From NCBI GenBank assembly GCA_041649155.1, contig JBAZNP010000001.1, positions 366,564 through 430,563 on the forward strand: a stretch of 64,000 bases of DNA. The letters are read 5' to 3'. The translations under genes were made by a program, and so were the position numbers. This document shows positions 48,222 through 57,602 of the stretch, in pieces. Under the pieces are notes generated by a model. That model was given only the letters and a program-made list of their open reading frames with translations. It did no database searches and was not told the origin of the DNA. Numbering within the stretch: position 1 is the first letter of the stretch; each line of letters starts with the position of its first letter. The DNA is from Patescibacteria group bacterium. Lineage in GTDB: Bacteria; Patescibacteriota; UBA1384; XYA2-FULL-43-10; 1-14-0-10-43-13.

Positions 48222-48313
48222 TGTCATTTCAGGCTTGATCTGGAATCTAGAAATTACACAGGCGAATCAACTCTCTGGATCCCAGCTCTCAAGCTTACAG
48301 GCTGGGATGACGA
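48222..48313. repeat. GTCAT-tagged palindrome pair
   Basis: Same spacer (ACACAGGC..CAACTCTCTGGATCCCAG) as 19146-19298 but lacking both inserts. Confidence 0.8.
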
Positions 48314-48451
48314 TAGGGGTGAGTGAATGGTTACGCTCTAAATTATTGCCAAAACTAGAGAAAAATGATACATTCTCTCTAGCAAGTTTTATATTCGGAG
48401 ATCGCCATGTCATTCGACGTGGGACGATTGAATTAGATCAAAATTTAATAA

Positions 48452-48525
48452 TCGGAGATCGTATAATGGTAGTACAACGGGTTCTGGTCCCGTTTATCTA
48501 GGTTCGAATCCTAGTCTCCGAACCA
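48452..48525 (+). tRNA. tRNA-Gln(CTG)
   Basis: ACGGG-TTCTGGT-CCCGT, CTAGG-TTCGAAT-CCTAG, CCA. Confidence 0.93.
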
Positions 48526-48580
48526 TGAAAAAGAAGATCGGGCTGTCTGATCTTTTTTTAAAAAACTCAAATATGGTAAT

Positions 48581-49270
48581 ATGAAAAAGATGGCACAGAA
48601 TTCTACAATTATTTCAGTCCAAGACATTACAAAAACTTATCATCTTGGCGATAATATTAAAGTCAAAGCTCTGAGAGGAGTCTCTTTGGATATTCACCGA
48701 GGGGACTTTTTGTGTATTACTGGCCGAAACGGTTCAGGAAAATCAACTTTTCTGCATCAATTGGGCCTTCTTGATCTGCCCAGCAGTGGAAAGATTTTTT
48801 TAAATGATCATGAAATCACTGCTATGTCAGAGAGAGAACGTTCAAATCTGCGATTGACTTATTTGGGTTATATATTTCAGGAATACGCTCTTGTACCCGA
48901 GCTCACTGCTCTTGAGAATGTAATGTTGCCGTCAATGATGAATAATAGTACTAAAGTATCAAAAGAAAAAGCGCAAGAATTGCTAGTAAAAGTTGGACTG
49001 GAAGGAAAAACAAATCATCTTCCAAAGCAATGCTCCGGAGGCGAGCAGCAAAAAATTGCTATTGCTAGAGCTTTGGTCAATGATCCTCAGATTTTATTCG
49101 CAGATGAACCGACTGCCAGTTTGGATTCATCTGTTTCTAAAGATATTTTATCTATCTTTAAAAAATTAAATAAAGAAGATGGCCATACGGTTATTATGAT
49201 CACTCATGAGGAAGAAGAAACAAAATATGCCAATCGGATTATTGAATTGAAAGATGGGAGAATTATATGA
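48581..49270 (+). CDS. ABC transporter ATP-binding protein (LolD/MacB type)
   Basis: GRNGSGKS, SGGEQQ, ILFADEPT, ITHE. Confidence 0.93.
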   Translation: MKKMAQNSTIISVQDITKTYHLGDNIKVKALRGVSLDIHRGDFLCITGRNGSGKSTFLHQLGLLDLPSSGKIFLNDHEITAMSERERSNLRLTYLGYIFQEYALVPELTALENVMLPSMMNNSTKVSKEKAQELLVKVGLEGKTNHLPKQCSGGEQQKIAIARALVNDPQILFADEPTASLDSSVSKDILSIFKKLNKEDGHTVIMITHEEEETKYANRIIELKDGRII

Positions 49271-50466
49271 AAAACAGGGCAAAAATCCCATTCTTTTTAG
49301 TCTCAAAATTTCTCCGAAGAGGTAACAAATGGACTCTTTTTCTAACCATTCTTTTGATCTCAATAGCTTTTATTAATCTGCTTTTTCTCGCCTCTCTGTT
49401 TAAGGGGATAGCGGACATGTCTGATAATCAGGCGATTAATACATACGCTGGTAATATTACAATAACTCCATTAGAAGGTAGCGACTACTTGGAAAGTGTT
49501 TCGGATAAGATCGAAAAAATTGAGACGATTGATGGGGTTATCGGAGCAAGCCCTCAAACCATTGTTCCTGTAACTTTCAGTTTTAACAATATAAAAGGAA
49601 CGTGGACAACTATTGCAGTTGACCCTAAAAATGAAAAGAAAGTGACAAATGTTTCGGGGAAAATATACGATGGTTCATATCTAGAACAAGGGGATACTGA
49701 TCAGATTGTTTTAGGAAAAGAGGTGGCTGGCGGACCTGATAGTAATATGAATTCTGCTTCATTAAAAGGGGCCAAAGTTGGTGATAAAATTACTCTTAGC
49801 ATGAATGGAATCTCAAAAGAATTTACAGTTAAAGGGTTATTCTTTACCAAATTTATGTTTACTGATAGATATTCATTTATTAGCCAAGAAGCATTAGAGC
49901 AGTTTGTTCCAAGTATTAATAATAAAACCACAAGCATTAATGTCAAAATAAAAAATAAGGGCGACGAAGACAAAATTATACAGAAAATAAGAGATTTAGG
50001 CATTGAAGGTCAAGCGGACACTTGGGTTCAAAATGCAAGCTTTATGAAAAGTGTAAACAAAACCTTTGTTGCTATTAGCGCCATATTGGATATTGTGGGA
50101 GGACTAATCGCTGCGGTCACCATATTCATAATTATTTCACTTGATGTTTCAACTAAACGGCATGAAATAGGTGTACTTCGGGCAATTGGTGTCAAGCCAT
50201 CACTCGTCATATTTACCTATGTTTTTCAGGCGGCGATTTATTCTGCCTTGGGAATTACGCTGGGATTACTGGCCTTTACCGCTTTAATCATGCCATATTA
50301 TGTTGCCCATCCTTTTCCGTTGCCGATAGGTGATGCTACTCTGGTTATTACATCTGGAGATATTTCACGCAAAGTCATATTGGTTTTTGTTCTCGCTGTC
50401 ATATCGGCCATTATTCCTTCTGCTACTGCTACCAGAGTTAAAATTCTGGATTCAATTAAGAGCTAA
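49267..50466 (+). CDS. FtsX/MacB-like ABC permease
   Basis: TM, large external domain, 3 TM; EIGVLRAIG. Confidence 0.9.
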   Translation: MKNRAKIPFFLVSKFLRRGNKWTLFLTILLISIAFINLLFLASLFKGIADMSDNQAINTYAGNITITPLEGSDYLESVSDKIEKIETIDGVIGASPQTIVPVTFSFNNIKGTWTTIAVDPKNEKKVTNVSGKIYDGSYLEQGDTDQIVLGKEVAGGPDSNMNSASLKGAKVGDKITLSMNGISKEFTVKGLFFTKFMFTDRYSFISQEALEQFVPSINNKTTSINVKIKNKGDEDKIIQKIRDLGIEGQADTWVQNASFMKSVNKTFVAISAILDIVGGLIAAVTIFIIISLDVSTKRHEIGVLRAIGVKPSLVIFTYVFQAAIYSALGITLGLLAFTALIMPYYVAHPFPLPIGDATLVITSGDISRKVILVFVLAVISAIIPSATATRVKILDSIKS

Positions 50467-50558
50467 ATAAATCTTACGGCTAATTCTCTCAGCAAATTAT
50501 CAGTTTTGTGCTATAATCTTAAGTTAATTTAGAATTTAAAATTTATAATTTAAAAACA

Positions 50559-51242
50559 ATGCGTATATTAGTCATTGAAGATGATCACAAAATTGCAAAT
50601 GCGATTAAAAAAGGCTTGGAACAAGAGTCTTTTGCTGTTGATGTATCTTATGATGGTCGGGACGGGTTAGGCTCAGCCTTGACTATTGATTATGATTTAA
50701 TTATTATCGACAGAATGTTACCGGAAGTTGACGGGATCAAGATTTGTACCGCCTTAAGAGACAAGAAGAATAATGCTCCGATATTATTTTTAACCGCAAA
50801 AGACAAAATTAAAGACAGGGTGGAGGGTTTGAATGCCGGAGCAGACGATTATTTGGTCAAACCGTTTGCTTTTCAGGAATTGTTGGCTCGTGTGAGGGCT
50901 CTTCTCAGGAGACCTTCACAAAAGGTGGAAAATATCTTAACTATTGATGATTTATCATTAAATACCTTAACATTCGAAGTAACAAGAGAAAGAACGAAGA
51001 TAAATTTATCTAGCAAGGAATTTGCGCTTCTTGAATACATGATGAGAAATCCGGGACGGATTTTGACTAAAGATAATTTGATATCTCATGTTTGGAATTA
51101 CGATGCCGACATCCTTTTAAATACGGTTGAGGTGTACATTGGATACTTGAGGAATAAGATAGATAAGCCATTTAAAAATAAACCAGAATTAATTAAAACG
51201 ATTAGGGGTTTCGGATATAAAATTGTCGCAAGCGACAAGTAA
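50559..51242 (+). CDS. OmpR family response regulator
   Basis: ILVIEDD, GADDYLVKPF, TIRGFGY. Confidence 0.95.
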   Translation: MRILVIEDDHKIANAIKKGLEQESFAVDVSYDGRDGLGSALTIDYDLIIIDRMLPEVDGIKICTALRDKKNNAPILFLTAKDKIKDRVEGLNAGADDYLVKPFAFQELLARVRALLRRPSQKVENILTIDDLSLNTLTFEVTRERTKINLSSKEFALLEYMMRNPGRILTKDNLISHVWNYDADILLNTVEVYIGYLRNKIDKPFKNKPELIKTIRGFGYKIVASDK

Positions 51243-51335
51243 TTGTTGTACTATTAAATTGCTCTGTTATTAACCTCACCCAGCCTCTCCTTCTAAAGGA
51301 GAGGAGCAATATAACAATATGGGCAATATAACAGT
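51240..51335. repeat. Inverted ATTGTT/ACAAT repeats around CTCACCC palindrome
   Basis: CCTCACCCAGCCTCTCCTTCTAAAGGAGAGG flanked by mirrored tracts. Confidence 0.75.
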
Positions 51336-51342
51336 TGAATTC

Positions 51343-52383
51343 ATGCATTTTAAAAACGCTTACTTAAAACTTACAATTTTTTATGTTCTGATTGTGATGA
51401 CAATCAGTGTAACTTTTAGTATCTCTTTATATGGAATATCTTCAAAAGAATTGGATCGTGGTCTTGGAAAACAATCTAATGTTTTGAGGGATATTCCGAT
51501 AAGAGGGAGTGTTTTACAACAAGCTCCTGATTTTGAGCAGATAAGACTTGACCAATTAGACGAAAGCAGCAACCGCTTAAGACTTAATTTGATTTATTTT
51601 AATTTATTAATTTTACTCCTATCTTCTTTGGCAAGTTATTTTCTTGCCCGAAAGACACTTGAGCCGATTAAGGAGGCGATGGATACTCAAAATCGTTTTA
51701 CTGCCGATGCCTCCCATGAATTGCGAACTCCTTTGACAGCGATGAGAACTGAAATAGAAGTGAATTTAAGAGATAAAAAATTGGGATTGCCTGAAGCAAA
51801 AAAGCTTTTACAAAGTAATTTGGAAGAGACGGAAAAACTGGAATCTCTTTCAAACGCTCTTTTAAAACTGGCCAGCTATGATGAGGAAGTAAAGTCAACT
51901 TTTAGCAAAGTTTCCCTGGAAGAGGTTTTAACCGAGGCTTATGAAAAAGTTGAGTGTTTGGCCAACAAAAAATCGATTATTTTCAAGAATAACTTTCAAA
52001 ATATTTTCGTAAAAGGTGACAAGCAAAGCTTGATCGAATTATTTATCATTTTGATTGATAATGCTATTAAGTATAGTCCGGAAAAATCTAAAATTTTAAT
52101 AAATATTACTTCGGAAAAAGATTGGGCAACTGTAAAAATTCGTGATTACGGCATAGGCATTAAAGCTTCCGATCTGCCTCACATTTTTGACCGATTTTAT
52201 AGAGCAGATACATCGCGTTCCAAGGAAAAAATTAATGGTTATGGCCTTGGTCTATCTATCGCCAAGAGCATAGTTAATTTTCATAAGGGTGCAATTGATG
52301 CTTTTTCAAAGCCTGACAAAGGCAGTGAATTTGTTGTGAAATTGAAATTATTTAGAAAAACGTCCTCCAGAAATAACATTTAA
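51343..52383 (+). CDS. Sensor histidine kinase
   Basis: DASHELRTPL, DNAIKYS, DYGIGI, GYGLGLSI. Confidence 0.95.
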   Translation: MHFKNAYLKLTIFYVLIVMTISVTFSISLYGISSKELDRGLGKQSNVLRDIPIRGSVLQQAPDFEQIRLDQLDESSNRLRLNLIYFNLLILLLSSLASYFLARKTLEPIKEAMDTQNRFTADASHELRTPLTAMRTEIEVNLRDKKLGLPEAKKLLQSNLEETEKLESLSNALLKLASYDEEVKSTFSKVSLEEVLTEAYEKVECLANKKSIIFKNNFQNIFVKGDKQSLIELFIILIDNAIKYSPEKSKILINITSEKDWATVKIRDYGIGIKASDLPHIFDRFYRADTSRSKEKINGYGLGLSIAKSIVNFHKGAIDAFSKPDKGSEFVVKLKLFRKTSSRNNI

Positions 52384-52454
52384 ACCTTAAGCTTTCTCTC
52401 AGATGGTTTGGGTAAGATTAACTTATCTTAATTAAGTCGGGAGGAGGTGATAAA

Positions 52455-52898
52455 GTGAAAAACGCAAAAATTATTCTGCCGGTTCTTGCTTTGGGCATTA
52501 TGCTTGGCGGCGCTGGAGTTTATTCTGTAAAATACGCTGCTGCTTCCAATGGAGCAAACCAGTCAAAAATGGCTGAAGAATTGGCTCAAAAGCTGAACGT
52601 GAGTACGGACCAAGTATCTTCAGCGATGGATCAAATTCATGAAGAAAAGCAGACTGAACGCAAAACTGAAGTAAGCGCTAATTTAGACAAAGCGGTATCA
52701 GACGGAGTTATTACTGCCGAGCAAAAACAAAAAATATTGGATAAAGAAGCTCAAAATCAGCAGGAACGCGAACAAAAAAGAGCTGAAATGGAGAAATGGG
52801 CCAGTGATAATGGAATTGATTTCTCCAAACTAAAAGATTATGGTTTTGGAATGGGCGGCAGAGGACACGGGGAAAGTAAAGGATCGGTCGATAAGTAA
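52455..52898 (+). CDS. Secreted helical protein
   Basis: Signal peptide, LAQKLNVS, AVSDGVITAEQ; SD GGAGGTGA, GTG start. Confidence 0.75.
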   Translation: MKNAKIILPVLALGIMLGGAGVYSVKYAAASNGANQSKMAEELAQKLNVSTDQVSSAMDQIHEEKQTERKTEVSANLDKAVSDGVITAEQKQKILDKEAQNQQEREQKRAEMEKWASDNGIDFSKLKDYGFGMGGRGHGESKGSVDK

Positions 52899-52923
52899 AA
52901 TAAATAACATTAATAAATATTTA

Positions 52924-52955
52924 GAAACAGCCCTTCCTCCGGGGCTGTTTCTTTT
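52924..52955 (+). terminator. Intrinsic terminator
   Basis: AGAAACAGCCC..GGGCTGTTTCTTTT. Confidence 0.75.
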
Positions 52956-53080
52956 GACATAATGATTAAAATATGATATAAAAATCAGGACCAACTATAC
53001 AAGATTTTATTGTATTAGTTAAGAATAGGGTGAGAATTTATTATCTCTGCTAGAAACGACGGACATACAGGGAGGTTGGA

Positions 53081-53488
53081 ATGGATAGGGAAGAACCGAG
53101 AAAGATTAAAGCAATTCTTGCTAGTATTCCGAAAAAAGAGAAATGCCAGCCTTGGGGTCGAGCATTGACTGGGCACATCACTGTTTGGTTAAAGAACAAT
53201 GATTCCAATCCGGTCCAGCTAATATCTCACATGGCTAGCCTAAGGGCAGGGGTTTATTGTGTTACACTGAGCTTCAGGTCTGATTCGAATAAGTTTGATG
53301 ATTATCAGAAAGATACTGAGGCAAATAGGTCCAAGCATCGGCCGGTTATAATGGCATGCTTCCGTGCGTACATGGATCAGAACAAATCGACAGATTTGAG
53401 TCGAGAAAAAGCCATCGACCTTCTAGAGGGGCTTGATGGCTTGATTGGCAGGCTGAACCAACAGTTTACTCAAAATCTTGCTAACTAG
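53081..53488 (+). CDS. Hypothetical protein
   Basis: 135 aa, SD GGAGGT, upstream TTGACA-17-GATATA-like promoter. Confidence 0.55.
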   Translation: MDREEPRKIKAILASIPKKEKCQPWGRALTGHITVWLKNNDSNPVQLISHMASLRAGVYCVTLSFRSDSNKFDDYQKDTEANRSKHRPVIMACFRAYMDQNKSTDLSREKAIDLLEGLDGLIGRLNQQFTQNLAN

Positions 53489-53525
53489 TCATCTTTGTCG
53501 CCCGATGCTGGGTTAAGTATCGGTA

Positions 53526-53565
53526 AGGTCTGAGTAATTTACTATTAATTACTCAGACCTTTTTC
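53526..53565. terminator. Hairpin terminator between convergent genes
   Basis: AGGTCTGAGTAATT..AATTACTCAGACCTTTTT. Confidence 0.7.
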
Positions 53566-53575
53566 ATTTCAAAGC

Positions 53576-55177
53576 TTATTTACCAGCAATGTCTTCAAGT
53601 CTGATCATGCCGTCGCTGCGTGATTTCAATATTAAATTATTTGAATAGCCGTAAATATCCATTTCTTCAAATAGAGGAATGACTGCTACATCGTCCATAC
53701 TTTTTTGCATTGCTTCCTGTAGGTACTTTAAACGATATTTTTGATCAATGGTCTTGTTGGCCTGTTCAATTAATGTGTCTACTTCTGTGTTTGAATAACC
53801 CAAATTATAAATACCATGATCTTCACTTGGTGTGTGAATTATTAAATCTAATACTTCGTATGCATCTCTACTATCAGAGCTATAACCAGTTCTGTAAGTT
53901 GTCGTATCTCTTTCATCTGTCTTTGCGTAAAATTGATCCATGTCTTCAATCGGATTTAGTTTTGCGGTAATACCAATTTCAGATAATTGGCTGGCAATTA
54001 AATCCATTGTTGTTTTTGCGTTGGGATTCACAGACATATAATCTATTGTCATAGTGAATCCATCTTTGTAACCGGCTTCTGTAAGAAGGTTTTTCGCATT
54101 TTCTTTATTGTATTCCAGTCGTTTAATAGCAGGATTGTAACCGAATACTCCAACAGGAACCAACTGATTTGCAATTCTTGCGCCCGAAGGAAGGCTGCGC
54201 ATTATCTCACTCACATTTATTCCTTCTTCGATTGCTTGTCGTACCCGAATGTCTTTAAGGGGATTTTGAGGCAAGTCAATATATGGGGTTTTAGCTCTGG
54301 TTGTGTCGAGGCTCAAATATATAATTCCATTGCCATGAGACATTTTTAGTAGCTGTAAATCTTTACCTGAAACAATAGTTTTTAGTTCATCTATGTTTTT
54401 CTGTTCTGTTATATACATCGCCAAGTCGATCTCATTATTCTCCAGAGCTTTTAGTCTTTCTGTTTCATCGGATATTAGCTTCAACGTAACTTCTTTTGCT
54501 TTGGGTTTTTCTTTCCAGTAATTTTCGTTTCGGATAAATTTTACTTCTTTGTCGTTTGTTTCACCGATTTTGTATGGTCCAGAACCAAGATGATTGCTTA
54601 GCTCATTTTTCTCGACGTCAGCCTTGGACATAATGAGTAAGTTGGTGGCAAATCTATTTAAAATAACTGGATCAGGAACTGTTGTTTTGAAAGCAATTGT
54701 TTTTGAATCGATTATTTCTATTTTGTCTACAGTCGGGATGAGATCAGCCATCTGTAATTTTTTATCAATTTTTATGTAATCGTAAGTGAATTTTACATCT
54801 TCCGAAGTAACCGGTGTTCCGTCACTGAATTTGGCGTCTGGCGAGAGATGAAACCTCCATGTTAATTCATCCGGATTGCTCCAGCTTTCAGCCAAACATG
54901 GTTCGACTATTCCGAGCTCGTTAAATTTAACAAGCGGTTCGAACACGCTTGAATTGAAATTAACAGTATAATTCTCCGTGCTGTTTTCCGGATATACTCC
55001 CATTAACCACGATGCCCCGATTCTGACCTGATCTATTTCCTTGGGCGCATTTTGCTCTTCGGAAATTTGAGCCGAGCTCTTAAATGGCCAGACCATCTGT
55101 TTTTTTAAAAAAAATAAGCCTCCGATTATAGTAATAACCAGAAGCGCTAAAAGAGCTACTAAGCGATATTGCTTCAT
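53576..55177 (-). CDS. ABC peptide/nickel substrate-binding protein (family 5), orphan
   Basis: PCLAESW, KFSDGTPVTSEDVKFT, GSGPY, DIRVRQAI. Confidence 0.9.
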   Translation of the reverse strand: MKQYRLVALLALLVITIIGGLFFLKKQMVWPFKSSAQISEEQNAPKEIDQVRIGASWLMGVYPENSTENYTVNFNSSVFEPLVKFNELGIVEPCLAESWSNPDELTWRFHLSPDAKFSDGTPVTSEDVKFTYDYIKIDKKLQMADLIPTVDKIEIIDSKTIAFKTTVPDPVILNRFATNLLIMSKADVEKNELSNHLGSGPYKIGETNDKEVKFIRNENYWKEKPKAKEVTLKLISDETERLKALENNEIDLAMYITEQKNIDELKTIVSGKDLQLLKMSHGNGIIYLSLDTTRAKTPYIDLPQNPLKDIRVRQAIEEGINVSEIMRSLPSGARIANQLVPVGVFGYNPAIKRLEYNKENAKNLLTEAGYKDGFTMTIDYMSVNPNAKTTMDLIASQLSEIGITAKLNPIEDMDQFYAKTDERDTTTYRTGYSSDSRDAYEVLDLIIHTPSEDHGIYNLGYSNTEVDTLIEQANKTIDQKYRLKYLQEAMQKSMDDVAVIPLFEEMDIYGYSNNLILKSRSDGMIRLEDIAGK

Positions 55178-55331
55178 ATCCCTCCTCTTGTTTTGAAGTC
55201 AATTAAATTGTCCAATATATTTATTATAATACCTTTTTTGTAAATTGTTAAATTGTAGAGCAAGCGATTAGTATGGCGGTTTTTTTTATGCGGTGAAGTT
55301 GGTAAGATAACAGTTGATTTCAAGTATTTTA

Positions 55332-55364
55332 CCTCACCCAACCTCTCCTTTTAAAGGAGAGGGG
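55332..55364. repeat. CTCACCC..CTCTCC-GGAGAG palindrome, third copy
   Basis: CCTCACCCAACCTCTCCTTTTAAAGGAGAGGGG. Confidence 0.8.
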
Positions 55365-55380
55365 TTGAGAAGGAGGAAAT

Positions 55381-56751
55381 ATCTGTTTAACAATTCCAGG
55401 GAAAATTTTATCAATAAATGAGGGCATTGCTACCATTCAGAATGCCCGGGAAAAAGCCCAGATAGACCTAGGGCTGGTTTTTGGCGCCAAAGTTGGGGAT
55501 TGGGTACTATATGCTACAAATCGGGCCGTAAAATTGATTTCCGAGGATGATGCCAAAGAAATTATCTCGTTGCTCGAAGACAACTATTCTCCTGTGGATA
55601 TTAGCCGTTTACCGCTACAATTTAAGAAAATCATATTCAAGGTGCGAAGCGGAAATTCCGACCTGACGAAAGAGGATGTTGAATATCTTTTAAATCTTAA
55701 GGGAAAGAATAATTTGGAAACTCTTTTTGCAGAAGCTAACACTTTGCGCAAAGATCAGATTGATGATTTTGTTTGCATTCATGGCATAATAGAATTCTCA
55801 AATTATTGTTGCAATAATTGCCTTTACTGTGGCATCCGGAAGGATAATAAAAACATACGACGTTATCGTATAAATTCAAAAGAGCTTGAAAATATTGCAG
55901 AAGAGGCAGTGGAGAAAGAAGGATATAAATTGCTGGTTTTGCAGAGCGGTGAAGACATAAATTATTCTGACGACGAGCTCATAGAATTGATAAAAAACAT
56001 CAAAAAAAGAGCAAAAGTGTTTATCTTTCTATCGGTGGGCAACAGAAGCAGGGAATTTTATAAAAATGCCTTTAGGGCCGGTGCAACAGGCACGCTTTTC
56101 CGTTTTGAAACGTCAAATGAAGAATTGTATAAAAAAATGCATCCCGGGGATAGTTTAGATAGCAGATTGCAGTTGCTAAGATATCAGCAAGAGCTCGGCT
56201 ATTACATAGCTTCCGGCAGTCTGGTAGGACTTCCAGGTCAATCGATTTATGACATTGCGGATGATTTATTGCTGACTAAAAAATTGAGCATCCCGATGAT
56301 TTCGAGCGGACCATACGTCGAGGCGGAGAACACGCCTCTCCAAATTTCTAATTCCAAATTTCTAATTCCTGCCTCGCCGGAAGGCGGGTCTAATAAAAAT
56401 CCAAATGAGCAAATGACAAATAAAAAACTGGGAACTGATGAAAAGCTTCAGCTTTTCTTAAAATATATTGCGGTGGCGAGATTTTTGATGCCGGAGGTAA
56501 AAATTCCGGTCACGACTGCTCTTGAAACACTTGATCCGGAAAGTGGCCGGCATAAGGGGCTTTTGGCCGGTGCAAATGCTCTTATGTTTAATCTTACACC
56601 TGAAGAATATGCCGGAAAATATTCGATATACGATAACAAATATCGTGAACGTGAAAAAGTCTGGCAGAAGTATGGGTTATTCAAAGGAGAGGAAAGTTAT
56701 GAGATGCTGGAAGAAAGATTGATGATCGATATAAAAGATGATAATTTTTAA
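55381..56751 (+). CDS. HypC-like domain fused to HydE/PylB-like radical SAM enzyme (apparent ATC start)
   Basis: In-frame ICLTIPGKI..AKVGDWVL..ISEDDAKEI upstream of the track ORF; SD AGGAGG; CxxxCxxC (CCNNCLYC), LQSGED, AGANALM, YSIYDNK. Confidence 0.8.
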   Translation: MCLTIPGKILSINEGIATIQNAREKAQIDLGLVFGAKVGDWVLYATNRAVKLISEDDAKEIISLLEDNYSPVDISRLPLQFKKIIFKVRSGNSDLTKEDVEYLLNLKGKNNLETLFAEANTLRKDQIDDFVCIHGIIEFSNYCCNNCLYCGIRKDNKNIRRYRINSKELENIAEEAVEKEGYKLLVLQSGEDINYSDDELIELIKNIKKRAKVFIFLSVGNRSREFYKNAFRAGATGTLFRFETSNEELYKKMHPGDSLDSRLQLLRYQQELGYYIASGSLVGLPGQSIYDIADDLLLTKKLSIPMISSGPYVEAENTPLQISNSKFLIPASPEGGSNKNPNEQMTNKKLGTDEKLQLFLKYIAVARFLMPEVKIPVTTALETLDPESGRHKGLLAGANALMFNLTPEEYAGKYSIYDNKYREREKVWQKYGLFKGEESYEMLEERLMIDIKDDNF

Positions 56752-56773
56752 AAAAATAAAATGAAGGAGCAAG

Positions 56774-57280
56774 ATGGATAAAAGTATTTTAATTATTATC
56801 TCAAATTACGATTTTAATGAAATCGAATATTCAGTGCCAAAGAATATCTTTGAAGAAAATAATATCCACGTACAAGTTGCTTCACTGGATGGCGGCAAGT
56901 GTTTTGGTTTTAAGGGTTTAGTGGTTGAAGCGGATTTAAGCATAATGGAGGTGGATGCTTTCGATTTTGATGCAGTAGTTTTCGTCGGAGGCAGTGGAGT
57001 CGAATTATATTTTGATAATATCAAAACTTTGGATTTAGTCAGAGAATTTTATGGAGTTGGAAAATTGACCTGCGCAATTTGCTGGGCGCCTGTTGTTTTG
57101 GCTAAAGCGGGAATACTTTTGGGCAAAAGGGCAACTGTGTGGAGCGGAGGCGTGAAGGATCTAAATGAAGCGGGGGCGATTTTTACGGATGAGGCTGTGA
57201 CTGTTGATGGGAATATTATTACAGCCAGCGGTCCGGCTGCTGCCGCTGAGTTTGCTAAAAAAGTCGTAGAGATGGTATAA
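56774..57280 (+). CDS. DJ-1/PfpI family protein
   Basis: FNEIEY, FDAVVFVGG, AICWAP, ITASGP. Confidence 0.92.
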   Translation: MDKSILIIISNYDFNEIEYSVPKNIFEENNIHVQVASLDGGKCFGFKGLVVEADLSIMEVDAFDFDAVVFVGGSGVELYFDNIKTLDLVREFYGVGKLTCAICWAPVVLAKAGILLGKRATVWSGGVKDLNEAGAIFTDEAVTVDGNIITASGPAAAAEFAKKVVEMV

Positions 57281-57395
57281 AATTTTAATCACATAATCTA
57301 ACAACGGAAAATTTAGGTTTTCCAGCCTTTTTCTCGAACTTGATTCAATCTCACTCTACCATGAAAAGTGCACCACTTGCGTGATGCACTTTTCA

Positions 57396-57470
57396 TGGTA
57401 GCGCCAAGGGGAATCGAACCCCTGTTACCGCCGTGAGAGGGCGGCGTACTAGCCTCTATACGATGGCGCC
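57396..57470 (-). tRNA. tRNA-Glu(CTC)
   Basis: CCGCC-CTCTCAC-GGCGG, AGGGG-TTCGATT-CCCCT, CCA. Confidence 0.93.
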
Positions 57471-57602
57471 ATATAAACTTTTAAAATTATAACAAAAAAA
57501 TAGATGAGAAGCAATCAGGATTGATATTAGAAAACAGAAACGCCGGAGAATTATTTATCTCCGGCGTGGGGAACCAAACTGAATTGTGGTTTGGCTCTAA
57601 TG

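Noticed and set aside
48235-48501. 88-aa ORF
   Set aside because: Spans a palindromic repeat and tRNA-Gln
55534-56751. Call as bioB, pylB or true hydE
   Set aside because: No pathway partners nearby and an N-terminal HypC-like domain; family-level call only
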